Below are positions 60,660 to 64,000 of a DNA stretch of 64,000 nt, one piece after another; within the stretch, counting starts at the first letter, position 1; each line of letters opens with the position of its first letter. The notes beneath the pieces were generated by a model. That model did not search any database and was not told the DNA's origin. It saw nothing but the letters and a program-made list of their open reading frames with translations. The position numbers and the translations under genes are program-made. The DNA lies in the NCBI GenBank assembly GCA_002452295.1, contig DKEX01000096.1, positions 16,349 through 80,348 on the forward strand. Direction: 5' to 3'. This stretch comes from Firmicutes bacterium UBA6811 (lineage in GTDB: Bacteria; Bacillota; SHA-98; UBA4971).

Positions 60660-62066
60660 TTGGCTGAGCAGGCCACGAGCATAGGGCTGCGCAAGGCTCC
60701 CCCGACGCCGGATGCGGCGCCGGGGGATGCTGTTGCTATAAGGCGCAAGGTTGTCCAGTTGTCGCTACCCGTATTCGCCGAGGTCGTGCTGCAGACGTTG
60801 ACGCAGGTCGTGGACATGGCCATGGTCGGGCGGCTGGGCGCAAGCGCGATTGCGGCGGTGGGCCTGAGCATGCAGCCGCTCTTTCTGGGGCAGGGCGTGT
60901 TCATGGGGCTGTCCGTGGGCACGACCGCCCTTGTGGCGAGGTTCACGGGGGCGGGGGACCGGCGGATGGCCGGGCGCACGAACCACCAGTCTCTCCTGGT
61001 ATCGACGGCTCTGGCGCTGGTGATGTGCGCCGCTGCGTACGTGTATGCCCGCGATATCGTGACCCTGATGGGCGCCGAGCCCGATGTGGTTGCCCTGGGC
61101 ACGTCATATCTGAGGTACCTGGTGCCGGGGTTCGCGATGCTTCTCGCCACGATGACCGTGGGAGGGGCGTTGCGGGGGGCCGGCGACACGACCACGCCCA
61201 TGAAGATCAACGTGCTGGTGAACCTCGTCAACGTGGCGGGAAACTACATGCTCATCTTCGGGCATTTCGGGTTCCCGGCGCTCGGGATCGATGGGGCGGC
61301 CATCGCCACGACCGTATCGAGGATGATCGGCGGCGTCCTCTTCCTGTGGGCGGCCTGGCGCAGCGGCTCCCCCGTCGCGCTGCCACGGCTTCGCCTGGCG
61401 GCCTGCTTCAGGATTGATACCGCCGTCGTTGGGCGGGTGCTCAGGATAGGCGTGCCGGCGATCCTCGAGAGGCTCGTCATAAGCTCCGGGATGCTCGTGT
61501 ACATCAGAGCAGTAGCCGGGCTGGGAACGGTCGTGTACGCTGCCCACAACATAGCCAACAACGCCGAGTCGCTGTCCTTCATGCCAGGCCTTGCGTTTGC
61601 CACGGCCGCCACCGCCCTGGTCGGCCAGGGCCTTGGCGCTGGAAGGCCCGACGTTGCTGAGCGAAGCGCCAGGGAGGCACTGAAGCTGGGGCTTGCCGTG
61701 ATGGGCACGATGGCGCTGGTGTTCCTTGCGGTGCCGCAGTATCTCATGATGATTTACACGTCCGACCCCGAGATAATCAGGCTGGGGTCCATTGCGCTCC
61801 GGGTGATCTCTTTCGGGCAGGTGCCGATGGGCACGGCGTTCATTTTCTCCGGCGCCCTGCGCGGAGCGGGCGACACGCGGTCAGTGCTCTACGTCACGGC
61901 CTTCGCGGTGTGGGTGGTCAGGCTCAGCGCTACCTACCTGCTTGTGGTGGTAGGCGGGCTCGGTCTCTTCGGCGCGTGGCTCGCCATGGTGGCGGACTGG
62001 CTCGTGCGCGGCGGCTATGTATGGCACCGGTTCAGGGCGGGCAGGTGGAAGCAGCTACAGGTGTAA
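60660..62066 (+). CDS. MATE family efflux transporter
   Basis: It has 12 TMs and the MATE signature (LPVFAEVVLQTLTQVVDMAMVGRLG...GALRGAGDT twice). Confidence 0.85.
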   Translation: MAEQATSIGLRKAPPTPDAAPGDAVAIRRKVVQLSLPVFAEVVLQTLTQVVDMAMVGRLGASAIAAVGLSMQPLFLGQGVFMGLSVGTTALVARFTGAGDRRMAGRTNHQSLLVSTALALVMCAAAYVYARDIVTLMGAEPDVVALGTSYLRYLVPGFAMLLATMTVGGALRGAGDTTTPMKINVLVNLVNVAGNYMLIFGHFGFPALGIDGAAIATTVSRMIGGVLFLWAAWRSGSPVALPRLRLAACFRIDTAVVGRVLRIGVPAILERLVISSGMLVYIRAVAGLGTVVYAAHNIANNAESLSFMPGLAFATAATALVGQGLGAGRPDVAERSAREALKLGLAVMGTMALVFLAVPQYLMMIYTSDPEIIRLGSIALRVISFGQVPMGTAFIFSGALRGAGDTRSVLYVTAFAVWVVRLSATYLLVVVGGLGLFGAWLAMVADWLVRGGYVWHRFRAGRWKQLQV

Positions 62067-62217
62067 CGGTGCTTTCTCGCCGTCCTGGCGGTTGCGCCTG
62101 GGTTATGTGCCCTTCCGGCACGGTTATCGCGTATGTGTGATAGCTCCGGGGTTTCTCCTGCTGGCGGCGCCGGGAGCCATCACATGATGAAAACTGAGCT
62201 AGCAGTATCCCTGCGGG

Positions 62218-62347
62218 AATATCGCATATATGCGATATTGGCAGATCGCCTGTGCAGATCGCCTGTGCTGGTGGTCCTCGCCGCCGTCGAACGAGGAAAA
62301 CGAGGCTACCATTGTCTCTGCGGAACTATCGCATACATGCAATATCG
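62218..62347 (+). repeat. Two copies of a palindromic element, plus a 13-bp tandem direct repeat, upstream of the MATE remnant
   Basis: AATATCGCATATATGCGATATT is a perfect 22-bp palindrome at 62218-62239. The related ACTATCGCATACATGCAATATCG is at 62324-62347. The direct repeat GCAGATCGCCTGT x2 is at 62241-62266. Confidence 0.6.
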
Positions 62348-62543
62348 CCCAGGTTCTACATGCCGGATGACGCCGGGCGCACTACCGGCCGACAGGGGCA
62401 GCGCGCGCCGTCGGGCAACTCTGCTATTGCGGTGCCTGCTGTGCGAGTTCACTCCCTGCCCCGCTTGGCTCCCCGCGATGTCCGCCTTCCTGGACCCGCT
62501 GTGTGCGATCATGTTTATTTGACGGTGCGACGGAGGAACAGGA

Positions 62544-63125
62544 ATGACAACATCCGCTGCGATTTCACACCCACTGCCTGAGAAGGCCGAGATCGACCGC
62601 GAGATACGCAGGCTTGCGTGGCCCGCCATCGCCGAGATGTTGCTCCACATGTTCGTGTGGGCTGTGGACACCGCCATGGTGGGCCGCCTCGGCGCCAGGG
62701 GGGCCGACCGGGCGGTGCAGGTGGGCTACAGGTCGCTGCGCTACTCGGTGGCGGTCATGGGAAGCGTTGCCCTGGCGTTCCTCCTGGTCGCGGGCTTGAT
62801 TATCAGGATGTTCACGAACGATGCGGAGGTCATCCGGATCGGGTCGGTGTGCCTGCGGATAGCCGCCTTCGAGCAGGTGTTCATCGGCATAACCGACACC
62901 CTGTGCGGCTGGCTCCGCGGCGCCGGGGACACCCGCACCGCGCTTCGCATAACCGCCGCGGGCACCTAGCTCGTCCGCATGCCCGTCGTCGTGCTCGCCA
63001 TCTACGTCCTTCACCTCGGGCTTCCGGCCGTCTGGGTCATAACCTGCCTCGACTGGGCCGTCCGCTCCGTCCTTGCAGCGAGACACTTCCGCCCCGGCAG
63101 GTGGCAGGAGGTGAAAGTTCATCGA
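62544..63125 (+). pseudogene. MATE transporter remnant (paralog of 60660-62066) with an internal deletion and an in-frame stop
   Basis: The N-terminal ~55 aa (LAWPAIAEMLLHMFVWAVDTAMVGRLGA) join directly to a C-terminal-half-like sequence (FTNDAEVIRIGSVCLRIAAFEQVFIGI...WLRGAGDTRTAL). An in-frame TAG at 62967-62969 interrupts it, after which the reading frame continues as ...VWVITCLDWAVRSVLAARHFRPGRWQE. Confidence 0.55.
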
Positions 63126-64000
63126 GTATCACCCATGCTCCGTTGGCGGGCTCCGGGCGCATGGGCGCCATGGGAGTCAGAAAATGGCATCGGCTGCTGC
63201 ACGCGTCCAGGTTTGACGCATAGCGGTCCGTATGATAGAATAAGAATTACCAAAAACCAAAACGGCCGATGAGGACCAGCCGATCCGCTTGAACGCTGAA
63301 TTCCCATCTGTGGGAAGCGGGGGACCCAACTCTTGGGGCTAATCCCGGCGGTCGGGGCCTGTGGGCCGCGTGTCGGGGAGACGCATCATACCCGTTGTGC
63401 TTCTCCCGCATGACACGCGCCGCACCCGCAGCGCACCGCCCCGGGACGGGTCAGACTCTTTCGATCCGAGCCCGTCAGCTAACCTCGTAAGCGTGGGAAG
63501 AGGAGGTGGGTTGGGTGGAAGCCTTTCGACCATGGCATGGACGGTCCATGTCCGTCGATTGTGGCTTCACCCAGGGAAGACCCACCCTGGGTGATTTGCT
63601 TCCCTCTCCCTCTGCCACTTCGTTGTCCTTCCTCAGCGGATGGTGTGAAACGGCCGCAACCGCCGCAAGGCGCAGGTAACGCAACACGTGGGCGCGACGA
63701 GTCCATGCGCCCATGTGGGCCCGCGTCGGCCCCGCGCTCAGCTTACCCTGCGTCGTGCGAGTTGCACTGACGAGAACGGCGATCCGGTTCGAGCCGCCGG
63801 CCACGCGCCGCGCGCGCGAGAACACCGGTTGTCGCCCCCGGGCATTGCATTGCCCGAAAGACGCAACAGGGCGGCGGTTTGTGCCCGCGGTGCGGCTTCC
63901 GCTCGAGAGGCGGAACTCATGCAACGGAGCGGCGTCTGGTCCTCGGCGAAAGAGCGAGGAGGGAACGAGATGAGGTTCGAAAACAGGTTCTCAGTGCTGG

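Noticed and set aside
63330-63480. tmRNA (ssrA)
   Set aside because: The 5' end resembles GGGGCUGAUUC, but no tag-peptide ORF, no T-arm GGUUCGA-UCC and no CCA-adjacent acceptor pairing were found.

Overview
This is a 64 kb, roughly 68-70% GC, gene-dense window. Gene content and order (spoIIE-tilS-ftsH, addB-addA, an RsfA-like gene) suggest a high-GC, spore-forming Firmicutes-like genome such as Thermaerobacter, Symbiobacterium or Limnochordia; that assignment is inference. Most of the window is core metabolism and housekeeping. The main blocks, in order, are:

- the RlmD 3' end, glpP, and a leader terminator ahead of a glpA-like, FAD/NAD oxidoreductase and DUF1667 cluster;
- an ABC transporter followed by TetR;
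- a TIGR00300/OCD-like gene, pckA, sppA and a Yip1-like gene;
- addB and addA;
- an RsfA-like gene on the minus strand;
- a TPP riboswitch controlling thiT on the minus strand;
- a D-2-hydroxyacid dehydrogenase and gmk;
- a Na+-translocating oxaloacetate-decarboxylase-type cluster (oadG, biotin carrier, oadB, oadA);
- adenine deaminase;
- a YknXYZ-like HlyD/MacB efflux set;
- spoIIE, tilS, ftsH and hutU;
- an MCP and a GGDEF cyclase;
- a tungsten AOR module (ferredoxin, AOR, MoaD-like, FAD/NAD oxidoreductase) resembling AorABC;
- NifU-like, a LysM-LysM-BsuPI protein, and an exported AMMECR1 protein;
- a 1706-aa thioester alpha-2-macroglobulin with a C-terminal VanW domain;
- a MATE transporter plus a decayed MATE duplicate.

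The signals most worth follow-up are:

1. the secreted A2M-VanW fusion, co-oriented with an exported AMMECR1 gene;
2. a phased array of three 14-bp palindromes inside degenerate ~60-bp tandem repeats between an ABC transporter and a TetR gene;
3. an unannotated TPP riboswitch and terminator upstream of thiT;
4. a radical-SAM gene remnant antisense in the Yip1/addB intergenic region;
5. a MATE gene duplication with an internally deleted pseudogene copy and duplicated palindromic operator-like elements.

No CRISPR array, rRNA or tRNA was recognised. Many long antisense ORFs are GC-driven artefacts.
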